DNA of 64,000 nt from Octopus vulgaris. Its lineage: Eukaryota. The stretch is taken from assembly GCA_951406725.2 (NCBI GenBank), contig OX597835.1, positions 4,030,001 to 4,094,000 on the forward strand. Direction: 5' to 3'. Position 1 is the stretch's first letter. Every line of letters begins with the position of its first letter. The notes beneath the pieces were generated by a model that was not told the DNA's origin, did no database searches, and saw only the letters and a list, made by a program, of their open reading frames with translations. The translations under genes and the position numbers were made by a program. Of the stretch, positions 63,742-64,000 are shown piece by piece.

Positions 63742-64000
63742 CACATCCATATATACATCTATCTAACCATATAAATACATATATTTATCCATATCAATCC
63801 ACACATAGACACACATATTTATTCTTTTATTTGTTTCAGTCATGTGACTGTGGCCATGCTGGAGCACAACCTTTAGTCGATGAAATCAATCCCAGGACTT
63901 ATTCCTTGTAAGCCTAGTACTTATCCTATTGGTCTCTTTTGCCGAACTGCTAAGTTTCGGGGGACATAAACACACCAATATTGGTTGTCAAGCGATGGTG

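Overview
AT-rich, microsatellite- and retroposon-dense animal genomic DNA. The SINE/LINE repertoire looks like a coleoid cephalopod (Octopus); this is an inference. One host gene can be rebuilt by hand: a minus-strand SLC17-family (sialin/SLC17A5-like) MFS anion transporter with 10 coding exons (55278 down to 20944). All its introns are GT-AG with matching phases, giving 1557 nt / 518 aa. Nearly all other ORFs in the track come from microsatellites or repeats. The remainder is several tRNA-derived SINE families, RTE-clade LINE pieces (one family carries a PHD finger inside the RT), a fragmented R4/Dong-like RLE retrotransposon, mariner/pogo/piggyBac-type DNA elements, and Gypsy and Penelope remnants. 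The most notable signals are: (1) minimal type-I hammerhead-ribozyme motifs, both in short fold-back elements beside (TA)n and downstream of a tRNA-type Pol III head; (2) loss of the TM4 glutamates in the SLC17 protein; (3) a template-switch-like partial duplication of exon 3; (4) several young TE-derived tandem arrays.
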